From NCBI GenBank assembly GCA_030390025.1, contig CM059431.1, forward strand, positions 98,954,001 to 99,018,000: a stretch of 64,000 bases of DNA. Reading direction: 5' to 3'. Of this stretch, positions 1 through 12,787 are shown one piece after another; positions within the stretch are counted from its first letter, which is position 1; each line of letters begins with the position of its first letter. The stretch comes from Squalus acanthias. Its lineage: Eukaryota. The position numbers were made by a program, and so were the translations under genes. Under the pieces are notes generated by a model. The model had not been told where the DNA came from. It saw nothing but the letters and a program-made list of their open reading frames with translations, and did not search any database.

Positions 1-511
1 ATAAAGTCCCTGTTTAAAATCTTGTTAACACTTCAGAGGTGCAGATGTGTTCTGGCTCTGTTCATTGCTGATCTCCAAGTGAAATGCATTCTGCACTGGG
101 GCTGTTTTGAACCATGTTGGATACATTTTTGCTGCTCTTGGATTTCAACTGAACTGTACCGAACAATGTTTTAAAATATATTTAACACTAATAAAATGCC
201 CATGGCATCGCCCCACAGTGAGTTAATAAATATATACGGTCTTTTAAATACAAGATGGTGACAGAGTTGGGAGAGGGACTTGAGAAACTGGCTTCATGGC
301 ACCACCTAATGGCCATGGCGTGCAACTTTGTTATAAGCAACTGTTTACATAGAGGATTTCCACTCTAAATGTTTACATATGCAGTTTCAATATTAAATAT
401 TGACAAAAGCATGACTGAATTGTGACAATAGGATACATGCACCTACACAAGATTATTAATAATATAGATTGGTACTGTTCTAATATGACTCTGGATTGCT
501 AGGTTGGTGCC

Positions 512-675
512 CAGTGTTCCCTTTAATTTTTGGGGGGTACGTGGCTCCTTCAGGGGGCTGCGCGGCCCATTCAAAATACCACGCTTGCGCGGTTTTTCCC
601 CATTTAAAGGCCGGTGAGCCAGCTGTGCGGGAGTTCCAGAGCGCTGCATGGCCGCGCAGCTCAAAGGGAACATTG
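512..675. mobile_element. hAT-type MITE (~165 bp)
   Basis: TIRs CAGTGTTCCC...GGGAACATTG; TTGGTGCC occurs at both ends (right copy overlaps the TIR); same family at 6632, 11758, 34310, 40653. Confidence 0.7.
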
Positions 676-2718
676 GTGCCTAATTATGGCAAAATGCCCA
701 TAGAGGAGTTGGGTCACAGATCAACCATGATTTCATTGAATGGCGGGAACAGGATCGAGGTGCTAAATGGTCGTCTCCTGTTCCTGTGTTCCTAAGTCTT
801 GTTTCACAAGTTTAAGGGATGTTTTTGAAGTGACTGACTGATTGCCGATTAAGGGAATGCAGTAGGTGTGTATATGGATTTTTCAGAATGCATTTGAGAA
901 AAGAAGCTCTGGTATCTTGCAGAATCATTTGCAGGATTTCAGTTCAAAGCTTTATCCACCAGATGTCAATCATTTACATATTTTTATAATATCTATTTAG
1001 CATTTGCTTTTCCTCTTGTCCTTGTCATTGATCCAGAAGAGGACTAAACATGTTGGTAAGTGGATTGGTTGCGGGTGGATTTAGATTAGTTGGTGAATGG
1101 GCAGATGCTGCTTTACAAAGAATTTACAGCATAGAAACCAGCCATTCGGCCCAACTGGTTTTTGCTCCACATGAACCTCTCTCCCCTACTTTATCTCACC
1201 CTATCAGCTATCGGCGTAACCTTCTATTCCTTTCTCCCTCATGTGGTATCCAGCTTCCCCTTAAATGCATCTATGCTGTTCGCCTCAACCACTCCCTGTG
1301 GTAGCGAGTTCCACATTCTCGCCACTCTTGTATACTTGAGATATGAATGCAAAGATTATATATTCCAGTGTGCAGTTTAGTAATGAAATGTAAGGGTTAA
1401 AGATTGGATATTGCTGCCCATTCATGGTCAGTGGGCATGAAATCTGGCCCAAAGTTAAACCTGTTTAACAGCTGAATGCAGGGAATGTGCCAAATGTTTG
1501 TTGCTGGGATAGTACTGTGATTGAAGCATTCGGAAATGGCACTGAACACATCGGAAAGTTTCTGCATGAGACAGGATCAATAGACAGAAAGGTGCCACAG
1601 AGATAGTTGATGCACAGTTTCCTTGGATTACTTATCAAAATATCTTGACTCCTTTTTTAAAATCACTGAAACAAACCAAATATTGCTCAATAAAGCCCCG
1701 ATACCTCCACGGACAGAGGAGACTTGGATTACAATGATTTGGACAGGTCCAGGTTTGATCAGACTGATTGCTGCATCCAAACCCGTTTGTTATAAAAACA
1801 GAAAATGCTGTAAACGCTCAGCAGGCCAGGCAGCATCTGTGGAGAGAGCAAGAGAGTTGATGTTTCAGGTCGATGAGCTTTTGTCAGGACGGTTTATGCC
1901 TTCTAATTCCATAAGCTGTTGAGTCCTGTCTAATGATTTTGGCAGTGAGCAGAGCGTGTAGAGTGAACTGCAACACCGGCTGATCACTAAATTCATCAGG
2001 ACTCTTCACTTCGGCCTTTTAAAACCTGTTTCTATTTTGAATTTGTTCAAAGTGCCGGTGAACAGAGCTCACACGACTCAACGTATAGAATCCAACTGTG
2101 ACGAAAATACAGTTGTTGCCCTATTAGATGTGCGACATTGCGGTAACCCCAAGATGGAATCCATATTTTTATTTATGGCTGCTCAGACAATTTGCCTACA
2201 CCAGAGCCCCAGAGAGCTTGAGTCAAGAATTAGTCGAGTTAAAGGTTATGAATGAAAGGGGGTTCTTTAAAGCCAATTCTGTTACCAGTCTCCCAGACAA
2301 GAAAACTGTGCCATCTGTAAATTAACTGCTGGAACCCTTTGTTCCAGTGGATCTCCACTTTAAATTGTGCTGGATTAGCATCACTATCATGGGTCAAAAC
2401 ACCATTGCTGATTTTATTGCAAGGTGTAATGGGCCGTGACTGCCAGTACTGCCTTCAGGCAACTGGAACCTCACAAGAAAAACATTCTCACGACTTAGAA
2501 ACTGAGGAAAATGAGAAGGTTCCCATCATTTGTGCTTTAGTATCGCACCTCCAAACATATAATTTCAATGAAGTGTAAGCCAGAGTAAAAGCCCAGCTTG
2601 AAGGTCAGAACTTAGACTTGAAGTAGTCAAAGTAAATGTTTTTATGACACTTGTACACGCACCCTTGTAGGTACGACAACTTAGAGGTACCGCACCTGTT
2701 GTATTCGTAGAGGTATTC

Positions 2719-3440
2719 GCAACCTTGGTGTCATATTTGACCCTGAAATGAGCTTCCAACCACATATCCGCAGCATAACAAAGACCACCTACTTCCACCT
2801 CCGTAACATCGCCCGTCTCCGCCCTTGCCTCAGCTCATCCGCTGCTAAAACCCTCATCCATGCCTTTGTTACCTCTAGACTTCACTATTCCAACGCACTC
2901 CTGGCTGGCCTCCCACATTCCACCCTACGTAAACTTGAGGTCATCCAAAACTCGGCTGCCCGTGTCCTAACTCGCACCAAGTCCCATTCGCCCATCTCCC
3001 CTGTGCTCGCTGACCTACATTGGCTCCCAGTTAAGCAGCGACTCGATTTCAAAATTCTCATCCTTGTTTTCAAATCCCTCCATGGCCTCGCCCCTCCCTA
3101 TCTCAGCACTCTCCTTCAGCCCCACAACCCCCCCCCCCCCCCCCCGAAATATCTGCCCTCTTGAGATCCCTGATTTTAATCGCTCAGCCTTTGGCGGCCG
3201 TGCCTTCTGTTGCCTAGGCCCTAAGCTCTGGAATTCCCTCCCTAAACCTGTCCGCCTCGCTATCTCTCTTTCCTCCTTTGTCGCTCCTTAAAGCCTACCT
3301 CTTTGACCAAGCTTTTGGTCACCTGCCCTAATTTATCCTTATGTGGCTCGGTGTGAAATTTTTTATCTTACAATACTCCTGTGCAGCGCCTTGGGACGTT
3401 TTACTACGTTAAAGGCGCTATATAAATACAAGTTGTTGTT
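2719..3440 (+). mobile_element. L2-clade LINE, 5'-truncated 3' end, in NAA50 intron
   Basis: ORF 2748-3164 (YFHLRNIARLRP...IHAFVTSRLHYSN...QNSAAR...LHWLP) is the L2 ORF2 C-terminus; (GTT)n tail; 19-bp near-identical flanks 2665-2683/3439-3457. Confidence 0.9.
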
Positions 3441-3678
3441 GTAGGTACGGCAACTTATCGCAGCTGTTGCTCTCATGGCTATCATCATTTCCTGGGGTAC
3501 ACCCTGACATGGCAATGTCCAGTGTATTGTGACAGTTCAGCAACATGCCCTACACTGGGTATGTGTAAGTAACATGTTGGGTTACTGCTGACTTGTGACA
3601 TACAGACTGTTTTCTCAGAGTAAGTGGTGTGCACTTGACTCCCAGCATTGAATGATTTATTCTTTTTCCTTGGTTTAG

Positions 3679-3745
3679 GAACTAAAATGCTGAATCATGT
3701 GTTAAACATCTGTGAAAAGGATGGAACTTTTGACAATATTTATCT
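3679..3745 (+). CDS. NAA50: N-alpha-acetyltransferase 50, penultimate coding exon (67 nt)
   Basis: tttag|GA ACT AAA ATG...TAT CT|gtgagt translates to (G)TKMLNHVLNICEKDGTFDNIY(L), matching vertebrate NAA50 as I recall it; canonical splice sites; phase fits the next exon. Confidence 0.96.
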
Positions 3746-4611
3746 GTGAGTATGCGCTGTTTTCTTTAAACCAGTTCCTTCCCAGCGCACAATTTTTCAT
3801 TAAACATGGATTTGGAGATGGTTGTTACATAAGATCGTGCAAGGATGTTGCTTGTTTAGCAAACACCATTTCTGTACACTCAGAATATATATCTCCGCAA
3901 CCTCCGACTGCACAGTATGAATGCAAGCTTAATAACAGCAACTAGCACTGAGAGATAATCCCTGCATCAATCTACACTATTTCCTTCTGGGGTTTGAGAG
4001 AAAAGATTTTCTGACACACAGTAGTGTTTGCCTTTCTTTAATGTGAGAACTTCAGAAGTAGTTTTATGCTCTGACCTGCTTTTACAATTTGGAACTTATT
4101 GCAGGAAAGCCATGGTTTTGGGAGATCGGTTATGGTGAAGATAATCTGTTATGGTGAAGACATGGCTCGTGTGGTGGTGGGGGCTATCATTGTGGTTGCT
4201 TTGAGCTCTGACCATGGTGTCAATGAACTCTCTCAAACTGTCCGAATGCGCAGCAGGCATAAATAACTCGCACCCAGTCTAAAAACTCACACCGTAGCAA
4301 ACCATCTAAGCAGCAGGAAGTGGCAGGCGTGGTATTCCGGACAGCTGTTCCTATCAACCCAACTGGTTCACGCATGGCCTTCGGGCTAGGGAACCTGCCA
4401 CCTCTATCTGCTCTGGCCTACATGTGACTCCAGCTCTACACTATGGTTGACTCTCTTAATGCCCTTTTGAAGTGACCCAGCAGTTGTAAAAAAAACTATC
4501 ACCAGAAGATTTATCAAAACCTTCTCTTGGGCAACTAAGGATTGGCAATAAATGCAGTGTTGCCCACATCCTGAGAACACTTTTTTTTAAATTGTTTAGA
4601 TGTTCTAAAAT

Positions 4612-5052
4612 AAATATTTACATTTTCTAGTGCCTTTCATGACCTTGGGACATCCCAAAGTGTTTTGCAGCCAATGAAGGATTTTTTGAAGTGTATTCAC
4701 TGTTGCAAAGTAGGAAACACAGCAGCCAATTTGCGCACAGCAAGGTCCCAAAATGACCAGATCATTTGTTTTAGGTGTTGATTGAGGGATAAATATTGGC
4801 CTCAGGACACCAGGGAGAACCATGGCGTTCTCGAAATAGTGCCATTGGATCTTTTGCGTCCACCTTAGAGGGCAGACGAGGCTTTGGTTTAACGTCTCAT
4901 CCGAAAGATGGCACCTCCGACAGTGCAGCACTCCCTCAGTACTGCACTGAGGTATCGGCCTAGATTTTTGTACTCCAGTCTCTGGAGTGGGACTTGAACC
5001 CACAACCTTCTGACTCGGAGGCGATAGAGTGCTGCCCATTGAGCACGGCTGA
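4612..5052 (-). mobile_element. tRNA-derived Deu-domain (SacSINE1-like) SINE
   Basis: Minus strand has a tRNA-like head (TGGCTCA..GG / GGTTCAAGTCCC) and a TTTCGGATGAGACGTTAAACC core; paralogues at 28463, 35172, 61348. Confidence 0.8.
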
Positions 5053-5170
5053 CGACTATGCTATAGAGATAAAGTTATGCTATAGAGAGAGAAAGATGCA
5101 TCATCCTTCCAGAAGTAATGCTGAATTTCTAAAGGCACTACATGCATTAATGTTGTGTTTACCTTTCCAG

Positions 5171-5342
5171 GCACGTTCAAATCAGCAATGAATCAGCTAT
5201 TGAATTCTACAGAAAATTTGGCTTTGGAATAATAGAAACTAAAAAGAACTACTACAAGAGGATAGAGCCAGCTGACGCACATGTTTTGCAGAAAACCCTC
5301 AAATACATTTCTCCCTGCCGGAGTGTGGAAAATCAGAAGTGA
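5171..5342 (+). CDS. NAA50: N-alpha-acetyltransferase 50, last coding exon
   Basis: ttccag|G CAC GTT... translates to (L)[59 protein letters not shown] at 5340-5342; GNAT C-terminal motif. Confidence 0.96.
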
Positions 5343-5804
5343 AATTGTGGCTGGTCCTGTACGTTTGTTGCCAAAAAAAAGTCTGTACAGACGGTTGAGG
5401 GGGTGAGCGTCGAGAGGAGCCGATTCTCTACAACGCGTTGTGGCAATATTCTTACCACGTTAACCTGAAACCACTCAAATTATTCCTGCATAAAGCATAC
5501 TGTATCTTCACCAGTTAGAATTAATGTATCTGAGACGAGCAACCCATCTGCCAGAACTGTAATCAAAGCATGGGGTTTGGGCATGTTTTTATTACTTTAC
5601 CAGGTTCTATAGGGGATTTTTTTTTTCGTTTTCCAATTCAAACGTGCAAACAAGTGATCTGATTTTGTATTTTAAAAAAAATCCAGACCTATTCATGCAT
5701 AGTTCATTTTTCCGTAAAAGTTGAATTAGTACTTTCAAGAACTAATTGTCCTACGAACTTCTTTGTGCCTATTGGAGTTATATCTCCCACTTTTCATTTC
5801 ATGG

Positions 5805-5810
5805 AATAAA
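5805..5810 (+). terminator. Candidate NAA50 polyadenylation signal
   Basis: AATAAA about 460 nt after the stop with T/GT-rich sequence downstream; alternative AATAAA at 6009-6014. Confidence 0.5.
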
Positions 5811-6631
5811 TATTTCAGTTTTAAAGATGATACTGGATAGTCTGCTCACTGGTTCATTTTGTCAGCAGGCGCCGATGTCCTGTCCTTTGTTCTCCTGGAG
5901 CTGTCCGTGTACCCACACACTCCCCTCGATTCCCCAGTTCACTCGTACTTAATGTCTAGAGCAGCCGTGTCTGTTTCACAACCCAAGCCCGTGCTACACA
6001 AGGATTAGAATAAACAAAACCTCAGAAGGCCGTGGCTGGAACACAAAGGTATTGGGGTTGAGGTGATGAAATGTTTTAACGGATATATAATTAAAACTTA
6101 GATTTATTTAGCCAAAAGGGCTAATGGGAATTGGGAAACAGTCGCAGGAATAAGAACTGAAATATTCATGGTAACAATCTTCACCCAATAATTTCTGACC
6201 TCGAGTATCCCGGGTTGGGGGGGGGTGAAGAGAAATGGGATTTAAAAAAAGATATAGAACTTAAGAAATAGGAGCAAGAGTCTGCCATTCGGCCCCTCGA
6301 GCCTGCTCTGCCATTCAGTAAGATCATGGCTGAACTTCGACATCAACTCCACTTTCCCGCCATATTCCTTGAGTCCCTTAGTGTCCAAAAATCTATCGAT
6401 CTCAGACTTGAATATACTCAACGACTGAGCATCCACAGCCCTCTGGGGTAGAGAATTCCAAAGATTCACAAACCTCACTGAAGAAAGTTCTCCCCATTTA
6501 AATACACAATCGAGGATCTAATGACAAAATTTTCAGAACAAATTAGAATTGGGTTCATCTAAAAACTTGAATGATGAAAGTAACAAAAATAAAATACAAG
6601 GAATGAGAGAACAGGTGTAAATCTCACCATG

Positions 6632-6788
6632 CAATGTCCCCCGTAAGCTGCACTGCCTCCCTCAATACAGGCCCATTCAAATTTTTGCGTGTGCGCGGTA
6701 TCTACAATGTAAAGGCCAGTGAGCGGCCGGTGCGGGACCTCTCGGACCATTGTGCAGCTGTGCGCGCGCACACCTTAACGGAAACTCT
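6632..6788. mobile_element. hAT-type MITE, degenerate
   Basis: Internal sequence aligns by eye with the 11758 copy; TIRs decayed. Confidence 0.6.
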
Positions 6789-8360
6789 CGAAGTGACGCA
6801 TTTGATGTGTAGTGCTGAGTTTCAAGGCTAACGCAGTCAAGGGATTCGGATGGCTTATTAACCGAATCGTTGCTTTCTGTTTCTAATCCTTGGTGTAACA
6901 TGGAGGTAAGGCTGCAGCCTTTTGTTTTGTTGTATGTTGTTTTATATGCAGGTCATGGAGCCGTAAGCTGAAATGTGCCTTTTGTTATCCTCCTACCTTT
7001 TGACTTTGTGGGGTGCTGCGATATGGGGACCCGAGAGCCACTGTTCTTGTGGCATAACTGACCATTTACTGGACACTGTGGCAACTACACATGTACACGC
7101 AGCAGAGTGGTCAGAATCCGCAAAGTCTATTGGGCCCAACCAGCTTGTCGTCTTCACTCGATCCACTACCCGCCTTCTCACCATATCCCTCAATCCCTTT
7201 TCTCTCCAGAAATGCTTCTAATTGCCCCTTGAACCCATTTAGACCATCTGTTTCCATAGGGTTGCTAACTTAAACCTCTTCTAAAAGTTCCAAGTTCTGT
7301 TGGACTCTCCTCTTAGAATCATAGGACCACACAGCACAGGAGGAGACCATTTGGCCCATTGTCCCTGTGCCAGCTCTTTGAAAAAGCTCTCCAATTAATC
7401 CCACTCACCCTGCTCTTTCCCCATAGCCCTGCAAATTTTTCCTTTTCAAGTTTTTCATATATCCAGTTCCCTTTTGAAAGTTATTATTGAATCTGCTTCC
7501 ACAACCCTTTCAGGCAGCGGATTCCAGATTATAACCGCACCTTCTTAACGTGTCCTCTGGTGTTTGAACCATTCACCATTATGCTCCTGGATTCATTTTG
7601 TCAATTCCTTTCATCACCATAAAATTTAACTTGTTTGCCTCAGAGGTTCTCCCAAAGACAAAGGCCAATCTTCCTGACTTGAACAACATCCTCGTATCCA
7701 GGCTCCTCTCTTGCATGCCTTGTCCCTTCTCCGGCAAAAGAGGTTTGACTTGCTCCCCCAACAGCTTAATTTCAGGATCAAAAGTCAAAAATCAAAAATT
7801 AACAGTCTTTTTCTGCCAATAGTCTTGTCACGTAAGCCACTGTGAACTTTGCCTCATCCTCCTCCTGACAGCCCCACAGCATTTTCAATGTCTTGTCAGG
7901 CGCACCTTCACATAAAGTTGGTTGATCAGTGCAGGACTCTTCCTGGTGGTGGAGTTTCCCAGGTACAACTGGACTTTTATTTAAAGGTGTCAGCTATGGC
8001 TCAGTTATCCCTCAGCCAACATCACTTTATTTTTAAAAAAACCACATGATCTGGTCATTATCACATTGCTGTTTGTGGGAGCTTGCTGTGCTGCCGCGTT
8101 TCCTACATTACAACAGTGACTACACTTCAAAAGTATTTAATTGGCTGTAAGGCGCTTTGGGACGTCCCAAGGTCCTGAAAGGTGCTGCAGAAATGCAAGT
8201 TATTTCTTTCTATGGCCTTCAGCTGCCAAGGCCCTAAGCTCTGGAATTCCCTCCCTAAACCTGCACGCCTCTCTCTCTCATCCATTAAGAGGTTTAGGAA
8301 TTCGTGGTGGGGGTGATGGTAGGAGAGGAGGAGGAAGGAGAGAGAACAGGCGGTTTAGAA

Positions 8361-10815
8361 ACATGATCATGGCTGATCCACTATCTCAATACCATATTCC
8401 CGCTCTCTCCCCATACCCCTTGATGCCTTTTGTGTCTACAAATCTATCTATCTCCTTCTTAAATATATTCAGTGACTTGGCCTCCACAGCCTTTGGTGGT
8501 AGAGAATTCCACAGGATCACCACCCTCTGAGTGAAGAAATTTCTCCTCATCTCAGTCCTAAATGTCCTACCCCGTATCCTGAGACTGTGACCCGTCGTTC
8601 TAGACCCCCCCGCAGCCAGAGGAAACATCCTCCCTGCATCCAGTCTATCTAGCCCTGTCAGAATTTTATACGTTTCAATGAGATCCCCTCTCATTCTTCT
8701 AAACTCTAGTGAATACAGGCCGAGTCGACCCAATCTCTCCTCATACGACAGTCCTGCCATCCCAGGAATCAGTCTGGTGAACCTTCGCTACACTCCCTCT
8801 ATGGCAAGCATATCCTTTCTTAGCTAAAGAGACCAAAACTGCACACACTACTCCAGGTGTGGTCTCACCAAGGCCCTGTACAACTGTAGTAAGACATCCT
8901 TGCTCCTGTACTCAAATCCTCTTGCAATGAAGGCCAACATACCATTTGCCTTCCTAACTGCTTGCTGCACCTGCATGTTTGCTTTCAGTGACTGGTGTAC
9001 AAGGACACCCAGATCCCTTTGTACATCAGCATTTCCCAATCTATCACCATTTAAATAATACTCTACCTTTCTGTTTTTCCTACCGAAGTGGATAACTTCA
9101 CATTTATCCACGTGAGACTGCATCTGCCATGTATTTGCCCACTCACTCAACTTGTCTAAATCGCCTTGGAGCCTCTTTGCATCCTCCTCACAACTCACAA
9201 TCCCACCTAGTTTCGTGTCATCAGCAAACTTGGAAATATTACATTTGGTTCCCTAATCCAAATCGTTGATATATATATTGTGAATAGCTGTGGCCCAAGC
9301 ACTGATCTCTGCGGTACCCCACTAGTCACCGCCTGCCACCCCGAAAAAGATCCATTTATTCCTACTCTCTGTTTCCTGTCTGTTAACCAATTTTCAATCC
9401 ATGCCAGTATATTACCCCCAATCCCATGTGCTTTCATTTTGCACACTAACCTCTTATGTGGGACTTTTTCAAAGGCCTTCTGAAAATCCAAATACACCAC
9501 ATCCACTGGTTCTCCCTTATCCTACCAGTTACATCCTCAAAAAACTCCAGTAGGTTTGTCAAACACGATTTCCCTTTCATAAATCCATGTTGACTTTGTC
9601 TAATCCCGTTGATATTTTCTAAGTGTCCTGTTATCGCATCCTTTATAATAGACTCTAGCATTTTCCCTACAACTGATGTTAGGCTAACCGGTCTGTAGTT
9701 CCCTGTTTTCTCTCTCCCTTTTTTAAATAGTAGAGTTACATTTGCCACCCTCCAATCTGCATGAATTGTTCCATAATCTATAGAATTTTGGAAGATGACA
9801 ACCAATGCATCCACTATTTCCATGGCTACCTCTTTTAGTACTCTGGGATGCAGATTATCAGGTCCTGGGGATTTATCAGCTTTCAGTCCCATTAATTTCT
9901 CCAGCACTTTTTTTACTAATACTAATTTCCTTTAATTCCTCCTTGTCACTAGACCCTTGGTTCCCTAGCATTTCTGGGAAGTTATTTATGTCCTCTTCCG
10001 TGAAGACAGAACCAAAGTATTTGTTTAATTGCTCTGCCATTTCCTTGTTCCCCATTATAAATTCTCCCGTTTCTGACTGTAAGGGACCTACATTTGTCTT
10101 CACTAATCTTTTTCTTTTTACATACTTGTAGAAGCTTTTACAATCCGCTTTTATGTTCCTTGTAAGTTTACTCTCATACTCTCTTTTTCTCCTCTTAATC
10201 AATCTCTTGGTCCTTTTTTGCTGAACTCTAAACTGCTCCCAATCCTCAGGCTTGCTACTTTTTCTGGCAACTTTATATGACTCCTCTTTGGATCTAATAC
10301 TATCCTTAATTTCTTTTTTTAGCCATGGTTGGGCCGCTTTTCCTTTTGTGTTTTTGTGCCAGAAAGGAATGTATAACTGTTGCAATTCATGCATTCGTTC
10401 CTTAAATGTTAGCCATTGCCTATCCACCATCATGCCTTTTAATGAAGCTCCCCAATCTATCATAGCCAACTCACTCCTCATACCATCGTAGTTTCCTTTG
10501 TTTAGATTTAGGACCCTAGTTTCAGATTGGACTTCTTCACTTTCTATCTTAATGAAGAATTCTATCATGTTATGGTCACTCTTCCCTAAAGGACCCCGCA
10601 CAACAAGATTATTAATTAACCCCTTCTCATTGCACAATACCCAATAGCCTGTTCCCTAGTTGGCTCCTCAACGTACTGCTCTAAAAAACCATCTCGTACA
10701 CACTCCAGGAATTCATCCTCCACAGTATTATTGCTAATTTGGTTTGGCCAGTCTATATGTAGATTAAAGTCACCCATGATTACTGTAGTACCCTTGTTAC
10801 ATGCATCTCTAATTT
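8361..10815 (-). mobile_element. CR1 LINE, 5'-truncated, frameshifted ORF2 (partial endonuclease + RT)
   Basis: Peptides LGKSDHNMIEF, KSPGPDNLHPRVLKE, YLDFQKAF, SGVPQ, LYRALVRPHLE, RNFFTQRVV. Confidence 0.95.
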
Positions 10816-10849
10816 GTGCAACAGCGTGTTGAACCTCTTAGAGGAGGAG

Positions 10850-11170
10850 AGGTTAGAGGGCCCAGGCAGCTGAAGGCACAGCCGCCCATGGGGGAGTGAT
10901 GAAAATCATGGATGCCCACAGAGATCTCGGGCGGGGGGGGGGGGTGTTGTTGGACTGGAGGAAGTTAGAGAGATAGGGCGGGGGCGGGCGGGCGCGGGCG
11001 GGGGGGGGGGCGGGGGCGCGCGGGCGGGGGGGGGCGCGGGGGCGGGGGCACGCGCGGGGGGGGGGGGCGAGGCCATGGTGGGATTTGAAAACAAGGATGA
11101 GAATTTTAAATTCGAGATGTTGCCGGATGGGGAGCCAATGTAGGTCAGCGAGCACGCGTAATGGGTGACT
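10850..11170 (-). mobile_element. L2 fragment with expanded G-rich low-complexity tract (10930-11070)
   Basis: LADLHWLP...FKILILVFKSHHGLAPP; long G runs on the + strand. Confidence 0.75.
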
Positions 11171-11757
11171 CCCAACTCTCTCTATCCTGATAATGAAGAG
11201 CTCGAAGATTTTACAGTCATCTTGTTGCCCCTTCTGCATCCTCTCCAATGCCTCAAAAGTGCGGGGTCAAAACTGGTCGCAGTCCTCCCAAGTGCAGAAG
11301 TACCAAAGCCTCAGTATAGTATTCATCATTTGCTCTCAGTGATCCCACCAATGCAACCACCCTGTTTCCTTTCCCTATCGTAACCTCACACTGCTTGTGC
11401 ACCTTTATCATTGATCAACTGCTACCCCTTCTTTCATGATCTGTTTTGTTTAGTGGACACCTTTTCACAGTGTAGATATTCCTGGAGTTTTCTAGCCCCA
11501 GGTATATAGAAACATAGAAGATAGGAGCAGGAGTAGGCCATTCGGCCCCTCGAGCCTGCTCTGCCATTCAATGCGATCATGGCTGATCATCCAAATTCAG
11601 TACCCTGTCCCTGCTTATAGAAACATATGACACTGCGCTTGTCCACATTAAGTAATTTTAAAATTATGAATGGGTTTGACAGGGTATAGGTGGAGAAGAT
11701 GTTTCCACTGGTGGGGGAATCTCGAACTAGGGGCCATAATTATAAGATAGTCACCAA

Positions 11758-11926
11758 CAATGTTCTCGGTGAGCTGCGCTTTGTTCTGCACGGCCTGTTT
11801 CATTTAATGCGCGGTCCCTTTACATTTCTGTGCATACGCGGTGTTTACAGTGTAAAAGCCGGTGAGCGGCCTGCGCGGGACCTTTCAGATTACTGCACGG
11901 CCGCGCACACCTTAGCGGGAACATTG
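11758..11926. mobile_element. hAT-type MITE inserted in a CR1 3' end
   Basis: TIRs CAATGTTC...GAACATTG; perfect 8-bp TSD GTCACCAA at 11750-11757 and 11927-11934. Confidence 0.88.
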
Positions 11927-12787
11927 GTCACCAATAAATCCAGTAGGGAATTCAGGAGAAATTTCTTTACCCAAAGAGTGGCGACAATATGGAACTTGCT
12001 ACCACAGGGAGTGGTTGAGGCGAACAGCAGAGATGCATTTAAGGGGAAACTAGATAAACACATGAGAGAGAAGGGAATAGAAGGATATGGGGTGAGATGA
12101 AGAGGGGTGGGAGGAGGCTCGTGTGGAGCAGAAACACCGGCACAGACCAGATGGGCCGAATGGCCGGTTTCTGTGCTGTAGATTCTTTGTAAAGCAACAT
12201 CTACCCCACGGCGGCCCGTTCACCAACTAATCTACATCCGCCTGTAACCAATCCACTCGCCAACAGTGAATTTTAGAATATATTAAATCTGCTTCTGGAT
12301 CAATAACAAAAATGATGAACAGTAATGGATCCTGAGGAACTCCACTCATAACCGGGACCCAAACAGACCCAATATCTTAATCACTAACCTCTCTATCTGA
12401 TGTCAATCCATTGCATAAACTTTCCACTAATCTCAGCAGATGGAATTTTTTCCATCACGCTCTCACCAGCATTCGCACAGATCCTTCCAGCGCAGGGGTT
12501 TAGAAGGTCAGTTTGAGGGCAGCACAGTGGTGGATTAGTTGAGCAGGAGCAGGTGGAGGTGCTCGATGAGGAGCAGGAAGCAGGTGGGTGGAGAGCGGAG
12601 GGAAGTGATTCTGATTCCCTGGGGCCCACCCAGCCTTTAAAGGAAGTGGAGCATGAGAGATTGTTGGTGTCATTGGCCAACTCGCCCAGGAGCTTTCAAC
12701 ACCTGACGGCAGTGTGGAACAGTACACATGCCCACATCTGTGGGGTTCTGGTGCACGGCACTGAAAGGCTGCAATTTACCTTGGACT

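Noticed and set aside
850..900. Possible upstream NAA50 exon
   Set aside because: Reads as a CR1 remnant (GNAV..YMDFQ.AF); earlier NAA50 exons appear to lie before the window
12480..12786. Acidic, coding-like segment (EVLDEEQEAG...)
   Set aside because: No recognisable domain or splice sites; possibly a decayed transposon, but not supportable
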